Origin: Diadema antillarum | Lineage: Eukaryota | Assembly (NCBI RefSeq): GCF_040938485.1 | Contig: NW_027271283.1 | Coordinates: 1,426,001 to 1,490,000, forward strand | Length of the DNA stretch: 64,000 nucleotides | Reading direction: 5' to 3' | Shown here: positions 13,201 through 25,248 of the stretch, one piece after another | Position numbering within the stretch: position 1 is the stretch's first letter | Layout of the letters: each line of letters starts with the position of its first letter | Notes under the pieces: model-generated | What the model was told of the DNA's origin: nothing | Database searches by the model: none | What the model saw: only the letters and a program-made list of their open reading frames with translations | Made by a program: the position numbers and the translations under genes

Positions 13201-16200
13201 CATTGATTCAGCAGTGATGAAATCTCAGGGTAGAGTTTTGGACTGATTTCTTGTCTCAGCTGCCTTCAGAGAGATGTTTATTCATTCACATTTCTTCTAT
13301 ATTATGTTTGTTTGAATGATTCTAGATTTGGATATCCAATGGTGGTATTGCGGATGTCTTCACTGTCTTTGCCAGAACAGATGTGGTTGATGAACAGGTA
13401 TAAAGCAACCCTTTACCTGATTAAATCATTCATGTATAACTTCTATGTATATGGTGTGTACAAAATGTAGTAAAACCTTTGCATGAATAGACCATACAAA
13501 TTATAGCTAGGCAACGCTTTACAACAATAAAGTATACATTTTCAGCTTTCATGTATCTCTAAAACTTGATAATAATGTTGGTATTACACATCTTTTCACC
13601 CATCCAGCCTGCAAACTGCATTTCCATTGTTTGGCTTTCTTTGTTCTGTGCTTTCATTATAATATGTAAGTATTTTTGTTACCGTTTCATGAAGTAAAGT
13701 AGAAAATTATCTCTCATTTGAGCTCTATATTGTTCACATATAATACAATTGTTTGTTGCAGTTACACAATTTTCAAATATTCAAGTGCTGAATTTATAAC
13801 TGATTTTTAGATTGGCAATGCATTTTAGAATGGAAAAAAAGCCTGAGTAAATTACTAATTTTGTGCAGAGTCACTGAACATTTTGATGTGTTAGCTTGAA
13901 GTCTGAATTTATCTTCTGCCAAAATGAGATCTCTCGTGTTGTGTTCTTTTGCTATAGGGTAATGTGCAAGATAAGATCACAGCATTTTTCGTTGAGAGGA
14001 ACTACGGAGGAGTCAGCAGCGGCAAACCAGAAGACAAACTTGGAATCAGGGGGTCCAACAGTGAGTACTGCTTTGTAGTGGTCTAAGTGGTGGTTGTAGT
14101 AGTTTTAGCAGTTGTCATTACAGTAATAGACTAGTAATACAGCTATATGTAGTAGTAGTAGTAGTGTTAATTGTGAAAAGCTAGGGCAGCAGTGTTAGTA
14201 GTCTTTTATAGGTACAAGTAGTGGTAGAAGTTGTAGTAGTACTAGTAGTAGTGGTAACTGAGTAATGGGCAACAATTGTAGTAGTAGCAGCAGTAGTAGC
14301 TGATTCAGTAATAGTAGTAATATTAATAAGTATTAATAGTGGTAGCAGTAATGGTAATCGTAGAGGTATCATTATCAGTAGTTGAAGATGTAATAGTAGT
14401 TTTTGTTGTAGGAGTAGGATAAGTATTATTTTGTAGAAGTAGTAACGTTTGGTGGAGTGATGATAGTGCAATGGTAGAAGTAAATAGAAGAAGTTATAAT
14501 TTGTAACAGCATTAGCAGTGAGTGGTATTAACTAGGGAGGTAACAGTAACTTTGCTGTATGATTTCAGCAAATGACATTATTAGCATATTGACACAACAG
14601 TCCGTTGGCAAAATCTCGACCAACATGATTTATATTTTAGATTCATGCTCTTCCTGCTCTGATAATTTGCTTTCCTGGTTGTGTTTTCAGCATGTGAGGT
14701 GCACTTTGAGGACACCCCAGTCCCCGTTGAAAACATCATCGGTGAAGTGGGCGGTGGCTTCAAGGTAGCCATGAACATTCTCAACAGTGGACGATTCAGC
14801 ATGGGCAGCTCTGGGGCAGGCATGCTGAAGAAACTGATAGGTAAAAATGAATAATCAAACCAACAAATCCAATGTTCTTAATTCTGACCATTCCTCCTTT
14901 TGTTGTTGTTACCATCGTTGTCATCGTCATCGTCGTGGTAGTCGCTGCTGTTGTTGTTGTTAACATATACATAGGTATTAACTTCTGCCATGACTGTTGA
15001 TCAACTTTTTGCATACAATGTTGAATGCCTTTTGCTAGGGCTATGCTGAGAGTGGTAAGTTTTGCATTTAGACATGCAACCTGCAACTTTTCATTGTAAA
15101 GAATTTACTACCTCTGATTTCCAACTGCCTAGGATTATCAGAAATAAGTGTGATATAGTGAAACCATTTCCCAGCTAGAGAAAGTACAGCTTATGAAGTG
15201 GTGAAGAGTCATAGTGCAATCAGTTTAAAGTTTTGAACAGAAATTACTCCGGAGCAAAGATATGTGTGACTTTTGCCCAAAACAGGGTTGTCTGTAATGC
15301 CTCACAGTTATTGCTAGATTGAAAAATGTATCAACTGTTCTACTAATTTTACAGACGTTTGTCATTTGTTGAAATACAAATAGATTGTAAACAATAAGGG
15401 GCAGTCATTTCTGCACCTTGCTTTCTGGGAAAATTACACACACAGGAAAATGTTATTTTTCCACTAGGCATGGCGGCAGACCACGCTGGCCAACGCAAGC
15501 AGTTTGAGACGAAGCTGAAGGACTTTGGCATGGTGCAGGAAAAGATTGGTCGCATGACGATGACAGCCTACGCCATGGAAAGCATGGCTTACCTCACAGC
15601 CGGCATCCTCGACAAACCTGGTGTGCCCGACTGCTCGGTGGAGGCAGCCATGGTCAAGGTATGCCAGAAGCTCAGTTTAAATATGCACAAATATATTGCT
15701 ACGTCACTGCACCAAATTTCCCAAAGATTATACATCTTAAGGTATACATCATTGGTCAATTGCAAACTTCTGTCAAAAGCGAAGAACAACAGTCATTTTG
15801 TTGGTCGCACATTTACATCTTGGTTTTACTTTCTCTGTAAAAAAAAATGTCATGTTAAGTATTTATACAAGAAGCATTTTTCCATGCATGTAATTAGCAT
15901 AAATACTGAGGCATTATCTTGAGTCATTGGGAAGACAAGTTTCATCTCTGAGTATTATGGAAACTCATTTAAGAGTACTCAAAAGAGCAACAATGTAGAG
16001 AACTTTTAATATGCTGCTAAATGCAAAGAAAAAAGAAAAAAGAAGAAAAAAAAATATATATGGAGGTTATATGAGTGCTGTTTCTTTTCTCCTTTATTTT
16101 CTTGGCCACAAATCTTTTTTGCCAAGGATATTGTGATTCTTAACAAGAAACAAAGGACATGAAGTTTATATCAACAACTTCTTCTTTGTTTGATCTTATT

Positions 16201-19200
16201 CCTATTTTCTTTAAAGGACCAGATCTGTAGTAGATAGTTCCCCATGCTTGCTTCTCTTGATTGACTATCTTCCTTGATTTACAAATGTTACACTCTCCCC
16301 ACCATTTAACTTCATGTAAATTGTGCACTGCCATGGATGCTACAGTGCTTCGGGTGCCATGTGTAAGCTAATAAGAATCAGATGGAGTCAGAAGGGGCCT
16401 GAGCTTTCAATCCTAGCAGAATCTTCGTCAGAGGCAAAATTACAAACCTGCAGGGAAAGCAATCACATTGTTATAAGGACATCATACAACAGAACAGTCA
16501 GGGACAGGCTATGGACACAGAACAAAGAAAACAAAAGAAGAGGGGGTCATGGGCAAGGAGCCCAACAGTTAAAGGGAGGGGGATTAGAGCAGGAGGGTGG
16601 ACAGACAAAAGGCAGAATAAAGGGTCAGTAATGACCCTGAGGACCAAGGGGGCAACCACTGAAGGAAAAGGATGAATAGGGAGGCAACATCAAACAAGAT
16701 ATGGAACAACAGAGAGATAAAGAAAGGAAAAGAGTGAAATAGCAAGGGGAAGGGGGGGATGAGGAACCAGCAAGCCCTAAAAAGGTGTACCAAGAGGAGG
16801 CAACAAAATGAAAGTGAGAGTCAACCAACAAATGCAAGTAATCAAACATATACATCAAAGTATATATACACAATAATGGTGATAAAAACAACAGTAATGA
16901 TAATGATAAAAATAATGATGATAAGAATCTGAGAAAATTCTTGTATTCTTTTGGAGCTTGTTATTGAGACGATTTTACTGTGGACAGCGCATTAATAGTG
17001 CCATATTGGAAATGCACTATATAAAACACTGTTTATCATTATTCTAATATGATCTTATTGAATGCTGTGTTGTAGATCTTCAGCTCAGAAGGAGGATGGG
17101 TGTGTGTGAGTGAAGCACTCCAAATCCTGGGCGGTCTGGGCTACATGAAGGACTACCCCTACGAGCGATACCTGCGAGACTGCCGCATCCTCCTCATCTT
17201 CGAGGGAACCAATGAAATCCTGCGGCTTTACGTGGCTCTCACGTGTCTCCAGCATGCAGGCAAAGAACTCGGTGCCATGGTGAAGTGAGTTCCTCTCAGA
17301 GATTACATCATATATCCGTACTGATGAAATACACTTGTAATGCATATCATCAATACACCTTTATCTACAAGTGTATATTGACGGTAAACATATTCTGTTC
17401 TCTGTGTTTTTACATTTTTTTTTAAATAGAAATTCTCCCTAGCACATAACTGTAAAAACTCATGAACAATGGTGGCACTATGTAATTTCCGCAACGGTGT
17501 GTTGATAACGCATTGCTAGCTCTATTTGTTGGTACACAAAGATAAGGGAGAGCATAGAGCACAATCTCTATCTCCAAAGTTTTATACATGGTAGAATTTA
17601 TGTTGATTTTCTCAGTAATTATTACATGTTTGGAAAAGAAATATCAACTTATGAGCTCTATGCTGTAGTCATGATAAAAAGGGAAAAATTAGATGCTGCA
17701 CAATTTACTCCACATTGCCAGAAGTGCACAGATGAACGCTGACAGTGCAACCCTGCTTGACTTCTGTGTGTTGTGCATGGGTTCATATGATCACCTCGTT
17801 CATTTGCACATAGTGTATGGCCAGCATAGAGACCCGACCGCTTGCAACAAAATGTCTACATTTGTATGCGATAGGGAGGATTGCATCATGCTCATCAAAC
17901 TGCATCTGAACTGCCATGCAAAATGAGAACAAAAAATGGTATCAACTCCACATGTTGTCTGTAAAAACTAAACGCTTTTCTTCGCAGTTAGTATTCTACA
18001 ACTGTCACATACATTCAGAAAGGAAATGAGTTGGAATGATGAGTTTGGGAAACCCTCAAGTTGCCAATATTGCACATATATCATCATTATATTTCAAAAA
18101 TTTTGAGGGCAACTGCCACACTTTCCGCTTACTTCCAATGTCATGCAGGAAACTGCAGAACCCAGTGTCCAACCCAGGATTCGCCATGAAAACCCTGACG
18201 GGTAGGATGCTGTCTAGGATTGGGCTGAAGGGGAGCTCAGTGAAGCTCCAGCACGAGGACGGAGGAGTGCATCCATCCATGCAGGTCAGTCAAAAGGAAT
18301 GAATGATTGTAGAACATGGATTAAGGTTGCTTTCAAGTTGTAGACAGGAGAGATGAATGTCATCAAAGCAGATATACATACATCCGCAGGCTAACAGACC
18401 TGTGGTATTAAAGCAAATATATATTTTTCATTGTGTGTGCTCCTTTCCTTCTTAGCCAGCATTTAGGCCCCATTTCATAAAAAGTTGATTTGATTGCAAC
18501 TCTTGTTGGAATGGCAATTGCCATGGTAATGACAAGAATCCAGCTTCCTGATTGGCTGTTGCAATGGGAAATTGTCATTCCAGCAAGAGTTGCTATCCTA
18601 ATGTTTTTTTGTGAAATGGGGCCCAGATTTCATTCTTGCCATTGAAAGTACTAATTATGTTCATCTCGATGTACCATGGGTTTAACAAATTGAACATCCC
18701 TTTTCTTCAATTCTTGTAATATCATCCCCCATGTGTAGAGAATTCAGTAGTGATAGGACTATACCAATAACAATCATGGTACATTTATATAATATTGACT
18801 GGCCCTGAGGGAGGTACCAGAAAATATTGCCCAAACTGAAAGCATATTGCCCGAGTCGAAGACGAGGGCAATATGTTTTCAGTGCGGGCAATATCTATCT
18901 GGTACCTCCCAAAAGAAAGGCCAGTCAATATCATAATTATTACCTATCCCCCTAGGTAAATTAAGAAAATATGTAAATACGGCTATACACTATATTACGA
19001 TACAGATCAAGCCACATTTGACTACCTGTAGACCATCAACATGTTGAATAATTGCAAAATTGTTCATCAATGTATATCATTCAACTCCAACTTCAAAGAT
19101 GCATGTAGTTGTAACAGGCAAACTTCAAACTTCTGAACGTTCTTACACTTTATTTTTACTTCTCTGTTTAAAGTTTGAGAGTTGTAAAACTGATGGTCAC

Positions 19201-21821
19201 TGTGCGATTACTGATCACAAATGGACTAGTCATTGCCTAGTGTTGCTGTAAGTGGTCGACCTTGTATGAGTTGATTTATTAGCGTTCTTCTGCGGTGCGT
19301 GTAACTGACACCCTGGACGTCCTGGAATGTTTTCTTTTCGTGGTCGATCGGAATGTTTACGTTTAAGGCAGGGAGGTGAGGAGGGAGATTCCACTCTTTC
19401 TCTTCCCACCTCCCCAAACCGGAAGATTGCACTCTTTGCTCATACTGTTACTGTTACGTAGCGACGTGGCGAAAAGCATATTGACTGCTGACCTTTAACC
19501 CTGCAAAATAACAACTCTTGACCTTTAACCCTGCAAAATAATAACCGGAATTGCCTCGCAAAACTCCCTCGTATAGGTAATAATTATATATATTAGACAT
19601 TATTCACCTGATCATGTTGCTAGACTTTGTGTTTGTGCTCTGGTTCATTTATAAGTACCTGTACATCTTCACATAGCAGTTTGCTGCTTGTCACTCATCA
19701 GTAGGAAAGTTTTGTTGCCCATTGCAAATCTCTGCATTAGTTCGAAGTCGGCACATTCACTGAGCAAATCCGTGTCTGAGACTCGTGAAAAGCCTGAAGG
19801 GGTGTATGAAGGGTTTTACACTCTAATACCAAAAAGCTTGTATTACCCATTCACTCATCTCTCCTGCAGGCCAGTGGCAAGAAGCTTGCCGAGTGCATCT
19901 CAGCATTCCAGACTGTCATTGAGGGTATCCTCAGCAAGTATAAGAAGGTCAGTCAAGAGTGTGGTGTTGGGTGTAATAGACCAATTCGTCCTTTAACACT
20001 GTGGTGTTCAATGCGCATACGCCTGTGAGAATATATCACACATATTGCGACAGGCTCGCACCTGCCACGATATACATCATGCATTCAGGGTACGTGCACA
20101 CTAATGGGACTCTGCAGTAATGGCAGAGTTTGTGCCTGGTTGGAATGGTCTTTACATGTATATCCCAAGCATTGTGTGTGTGTGGTTTGTGTTTGTGTAG
20201 TGTGTGAATACATGTATATCTGTGTGTGTGTGTTGTGAGTAGTGTGTTTGTGTAGTGTTAATGTGTTTGTCTCACATACATTTGTGTGTCATATACATGT
20301 ATGTCTGTTGTGTCTGTTGCTGCAGAGTGTTTACACTCAGGTATTTATTGCCACAAATACACAGACCATTCTAAGAATAGACACAAACAAGATACAACCA
20401 TACTCTGGTCCTGATTGTCCTTGGTTGCACAGTAAGTGTTTTCAGACCATCAAAACACACATCAAGTGGCATTTAAACTGGGATCCACATATTAGAGGAT
20501 TGGAGTGGCCTTTGGTGTGAGCATATAACCTGTCTTCAAATACAGTACATGAGGTCCACATTTAGTTGAGAGTCTTCCATTTCCACAAGTAGCTCTTTGT
20601 TTGAAAAATTCTGTAAATATTAAGTGAAGGTGGCATGTGGTGTCAAAATAGTGTGAAAAAAAAATCGGACTGTCTAGATGCTTCTAGCAATAATGAGTAC
20701 AAAAATATTCTATTGGTGTAATTTCATTTCATATCACTTTTATCAATAATATGCAGCAAGACAATGTATCAGATATATCAGTACATTTCCACAGTGGCAT
20801 CAAGGCCTCTGTACATGCTTGCCAAATGACCTGTCATTCTAGCTTACTATGACTGTACAAATGGCACCACCCCCAAACATTTACAAAGAGGACCACTGCT
20901 GTTGGTATCAAACATGTATATATTCCCGTGGCTCTTCAGATGTAAAATCATTTGTTTTTTCTGCCGTTTAACATTCACCAAATATGACTAGCAAAGGGAA
21001 CTGTTCCATGCTTTTCTCACCATTTCAAATCTGGTCATTTCTTTCCGTTTCCCTGACAACCAGGACGTCATCAAGGAACAGCTGGTCCTGAAGCGAGTGG
21101 CCAACATCCTGATTGACATCTATGCCATGACCGCTGTCCTCTCACGGGCGTCTCGCTCCAAGGCCATCGGACTCCGGAACTGTGACCACGAAGTCCTCAT
21201 TGCGACCACTTTCGTCAATGAGGCCAACGATCGAGTCAGGCAGGCCATGACTGAGATCCGACTCGGTAGGTATCCATGTTTTGGACAAGTAGGGCCATCT
21301 GTCACTAGTCAGCCAAATGATCATTCTCTGCATTTTTGCTGTGTTTGTATGTATGCCTTATTGAGAGCAGTGCAGTTGCATTTGCATACTTGCAACAGGT
21401 TAGCAAAATGCAGTGTTAGAGTCCTGTAAGTTGATTCAAACAATTTTGGGGTTGTTCATATGCTAATGGCAGTCGTACTGTGGAATTCTTTTTTTCTGTC
21501 CTATCAACCTCATTACAGGATGTTCCTGCATGTTGCGTTTTGTTCTAAATTTGTATTTTCAAATGATGTACCTACCTTTTCTTTTCCATTGCCGACATCG
21601 CATAAACATGAGCAAATTGTCAATCTGAAAAGTGCGAAGGTCAACAAAAAAGTCTGTCATTAAAGCTGTAAAGTGGACATATGATCAGATCTTTTTGCTT
21701 TCTTCTTTCTTTTTCAACAGCACCAGACTACAACAACGACGCATCGGTGTTGAGGATTGCCGATGAGGTCTTTGAGAATCATGGCTACAAAGCAGTACAT
21801 CCGCTTACCAGGGAATTCTGA
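4259..21821 (+). CDS. ACAD9: Acyl-CoA dehydrogenase family member 9 (mitochondrial complex I assembly factor), 15 exons, 672 aa. Exons: 4259-4552, 7394-7487, 7975-8076, 10849-10955, 11452-11552, 12500-12578, 13326-13397, 13958-14060, 14691-14840, 15468-15658, 17076-17284, 18149-18284, 19870-19947, 21064-21265, 21721-21821
   Basis: Motifs [84 protein letters not shown] (catalytic Glu), [27 protein letters not shown]. All introns GT-AG, phases consistent, total 2019 nt ending in TGA. Confidence 0.97.
5839..6020 (+). repeat. Diverged interspersed repeat; second copy at about 12150-12330
   Basis: Both copies start GACAGGTGCTGCTTTCACTGAG and share GAATGGGT(G/T)AGGATGGTCCAATTTT; located in ACAD9 introns 1 and 5. 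Confidence 0.7.
8359..10414. mobile_element. 2.06-kb non-autonomous DNA transposon, Sola2-like termini
   Basis: 16-bp perfect TIR GGGCAAGTCCAAGATA; 4-bp TSD ATGA (8355-8358, 10415-10418); seven copies of the motif TGTCCCATACGTAAC; internal about 220-bp tandem duplication (about 9578-9997). Superfamily is inferred from GRG termini plus 4-bp TSD. Confidence 0.85.
9102..9300 (+). mobile_element. Fragment of the TTAA|AGGG (Kolobok-type) MITE family nested in the 8359-10414 element
   Basis: Starts TTAA-AGGGATGGTATAG, the same terminus as the copy at 24262; right boundary approximate. Confidence 0.55.
14090..14550. repeat. Degenerate (AGT)n low-complexity tract in an ACAD9 intron
   Basis: Long run of AGT/AGC/AAT triplets; explains the spurious poly-Thr ORF at 14181-14471. 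Confidence 0.9.
18466..18623. mobile_element. Small MITE with GGCCCC termini (Tourist/Harbinger-like)
   Basis: TIR GGCCCCATTTCA(T/C)AAAA and internally self-complementary; similar design to 51154-51277. TSD not clean. Confidence 0.7.
18787..18937. mobile_element. Palindromic 150-bp element
   Basis: Arms AATATTGACTGGCCC..GGAGGTACCAGA..ATATTGCCC and their reverse complement, centred on CCCGAGTCGAAGACGAGGG. Confidence 0.75.
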
Positions 21822-23354
21822 GCTTGAGGCAACAATGGGAGACATAACACATGAACATGTAAAGAAAAAAATGCCACCAGACTGAATCCTTAACCTGTGC
21901 GACTTGTCTCCGAATCTGTAGCTGTAACTTTCTTCACACAGTCTGATCTAAAGATCCACGCAACACGGGCCATTATTTGGGCAAGAGAGTAGATGAGTTC
22001 CTTGTTGCCTCTGTTTATGGCAAATCTGTCAACATTGGTCGTGCTTATTTTGATGAACATTATCATCTCCGAAAGGAACGCGAATATCTGTTGTTACGGA
22101 CAAGGTAGGCCTATAGAAATTTGACACACAAAGTGGGCTGTGTCATCTTCCTTTCATTTCGTTTTTCCACATGAGCTACCACGTTCAAGATTGCATATAA
22201 AAGAATTAATTTGCTCGTCTGGGTTAGTTTGTCTCAAAATCCCGGGCTTGGACACTATTCAGTACAATCTTCAGCAGGGTCACAGGTTTTACTTCAGGTT
22301 TTTACAAACAAAATCATGGTGGGTCATTTGTTATTTATGAAGCCATTTATTATTTATAAAACAATGAACCTATGAAAGAGGACCTAGTTTGAAATACAGA
22401 AACTAAATCTTTTTCTACAAGAGAAATTGTTTTATTGTCTTGTGTGTTCATCTATAAGGAGTTCTTCTGAACAGAATTGTAACACGATATGAATGTCCAT
22501 TGTATTCTTTAATGTGCAATTCTACTCCATGTTCTACTTTACTGTGACGAATGGAGTAAAATCAGACAGAATAACAAGACACATGAAATTTCATCTAATT
22601 TGACATGAAATTAAGAAAATTTGGTTGTCGTCTTCCCCACAGATGGTTGACATATTGTTTACATTGACACAATGTGTTCTTATGTGTTTGTCATGTTGTA
22701 ATGTACATGTTCGACAAACCCAGTTATTATTATTATTGATGGAGAAGTATTTATCGTGGCATAACAGTATTTTAGCAGAATGCTTTGTTAACATTATCTT
22801 ACAAATCTGGGCATGACTTTGGTTCATCATGAACAGTGTGCATATGGAATACGCCATATATAATTCTTTTATTTTCATGAATTTTGCAAGTTCCCTGATA
22901 TTTGTGATACTACATAGCAACTCCTGAAAATATTGCTGTGCATAACAGAAATGCGTTATATATGGGATATCACAATCTTTTTTTTTTTTTTCATAGAAAG
23001 CCATAATGCATCTTTCTATTCCCTGAGGGTTGTTTTAGATCATGAAATTGTCCCTCAAGTCCCAATTTGCAAAATTTACAGCGTATTCAGTATAAATCAG
23101 TTAACCTGTTCATGGAAGATGATCCATAAAGGTGTGTACTTATTAATTATTCGAGAAAGCATCATCAATCCTGTGTTCACCAACACAGAAAGTGGATTTT
23201 GTCATAATACTTCCAGTGTGCATGGTTGCTTCAGACATCTGCCTGGGAATTGTAATTCCCCATGAGTAATGACAGACTTGTTTCTATTTGTCCCTTTGAG
23301 TTCTGGTTCACTATTTGTGCACAAGGCTGCTTCATTTCTTACTCCTTTTTTTTT

Positions 23355-23821
23355 TTTAAATGCCTTCGCCACCAAGTGGCACCGGAAGTGTTATGTTCTT
23401 GGGTTGTCCGTCCATCCCTCCGTTCATCCGGAATTAATTTTGTTCACAGTGTAACTTAAGAACCATTTCAGTAATCCAAGTAAAACTTGGTCATAAGGTC
23501 AAAGGCCAAAGGTCAAATGAAAATGCTAAAATGTAACTTTTTCCCTTCTTATCTTGGAAATGACTCCACCTGGTATCTTCATGAAACTTGGTGCATATAC
23601 ATGTATTGCCTGACATTGATCTCTTTGTAGTTAAAGGTCATGAGGTGAAAGGTCAAGGGTCAGAGGTCAGGTTAAAATGATACTTCTGTTACGCTATTCT
23701 ATGCTGAAATTACACTTTCTCCATACCCTGGAAATGCTTTGGCAAGATGCACTGCAGATAATTTACGAAAATAATGCAATATGGCGGAGGCATACCAGTC
23801 GCCACAGCAACATTTCTAGGG
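23355..23821 (+). mobile_element. Helentron-associated non-autonomous element (HINE; DINE-1/pearl/Tsp-like)
   Basis: Inserted in a T-run; subterminal inverted repeat ATGCCTTCGCCA (23360) / TGGCGGAGGCAT (23782); GTCC-type microsatellite core, AAGGTCA motifs, short 3' stem-loop, ends CTAG before poly-T. Confidence 0.8.
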
Positions 23822-23853
23822 TTTTTTTTTTTTTTTTTTTTAGTTATAAAATA

Positions 23854-23888
<35 letters not shown>

Positions 23889-24261
23889 GCTTTTTTGTTT
23901 TCCATTAATCAATTCAGTGTGCATGTGTTTTCTTCGGCAGATCAGCTGTGTTGCTATGACTACATCTATTTGCATCTTGTAAAGAATATTATGTCACATA
24001 TCAATTATATGGTGTAATGCTACACGAGGACATGAAATGAATAAAACATGAAATGCAAGGTAAATTTGTTTTTGTCAATTTTGCTTAACATGTGTATGAG
24101 CTGATTTAGATATGCTGTTTAAAGCAGAAAAGCCAAAGCCTTTTAAGACTTCATTTGATGTTGTGTGGAGTTGTCCCACATATCTGTACCTTTACAAGTA
24201 CATGTATTAGCTAGCTGCATATTTTGGTTTCATACCTCTTTACCAGATAAAGATTTTTTAA

Positions 24262-24558
24262 AGGGATGGTAAGCTTACAGTTTTGGAATTCAAAGTTTTA
24301 TTTGATGAAAATTGGTTTTGAAATGGCCGAGATATCCAAAACAAAGGGATCCTAATAAAAGGTGAGACCCAACTTTTATTAGGATCGCTTTGTTTCACCT
24401 TTTTGGATAGCTCGGCAATTTCAAAACCGATTGTCGTCAAGTAAACTTTGAATCCAGATTAGAATTGTACGCTTTTTAACATTTCATAAGTGGTTTCCAA
24501 GTATCTTGCAAAAAGTTAAAAGCTGAATCCTCACCTCATCCGATACTATACCATCCCT
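24262..24558. mobile_element. Kolobok-type MITE, same family as 42015-42433
   Basis: TIR AGGGATGGTA/TACCATCCCT preceded by TTAA; internal palindrome GAAATGGCCGAGATATCCAAAA..GATCCTAATAAAA..TTTTATTAGGATC. Confidence 0.75.
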
Positions 24559-25092
24559 TGGAGGAATTGGAATTAGAGTGATATTAAACAAAAGCAAGTG
24601 ATCTGTGAAGAGTGATTGATATCAAACAAGAATAAGATCAGATTTACCATCAATGTCATTGTGAACAAGTCATGGAATTTGGCTACCCTTCCACATTACA
24701 CAATACCCTTGAGGAAATGGGTTTTCATGACTGTACGGGGGGAAACTCCACATACTGTAACGAGATATCGGTCATTACGAGTAAACTTTCCCAGTCCTGA
24801 ATCTCCTACACAAGTCTATGTGAAACGCTACTCCTATAGCGAGTCAACTGCCATAACGAGATACATTTTGTGATTTCCAAACAAAGAAAAACAGTTATTC
24901 AAACCTGTTATAGCGAGGTATTGCGAAATCTCTTTGGGTAAAGTTTTACTTCGCCTGTGTGATCATGTTTGAAGATTGTAAAGCTCGATGCAACAAAAAC
25001 TATGTCTTGTACATACATGTATGTATTTTCTTCAGTGAACTCCACTTGCACCGCATGTTGTTTGTGTGTGTGTGTGTGTGTGCACACAATTA

Positions 25093-25168
25093 CAGGCCCG
25101 TAGCCAGGATTTTTCAAGGGGGGGTGCAGTCACTAAAAAAACGGACCTTCGGTACCAATACCAATGAT

Positions 25169-25206
<38 letters not shown>

Positions 25207-25211
25207 GTATA

Positions 25212-25248
<37 letters not shown>

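Noticed and set aside
16300-16940. Purine-rich ORFs in ACAD9 intron 10
   Set aside because: Low-complexity strand-biased sequence; no domain and no splice-compatible frame.
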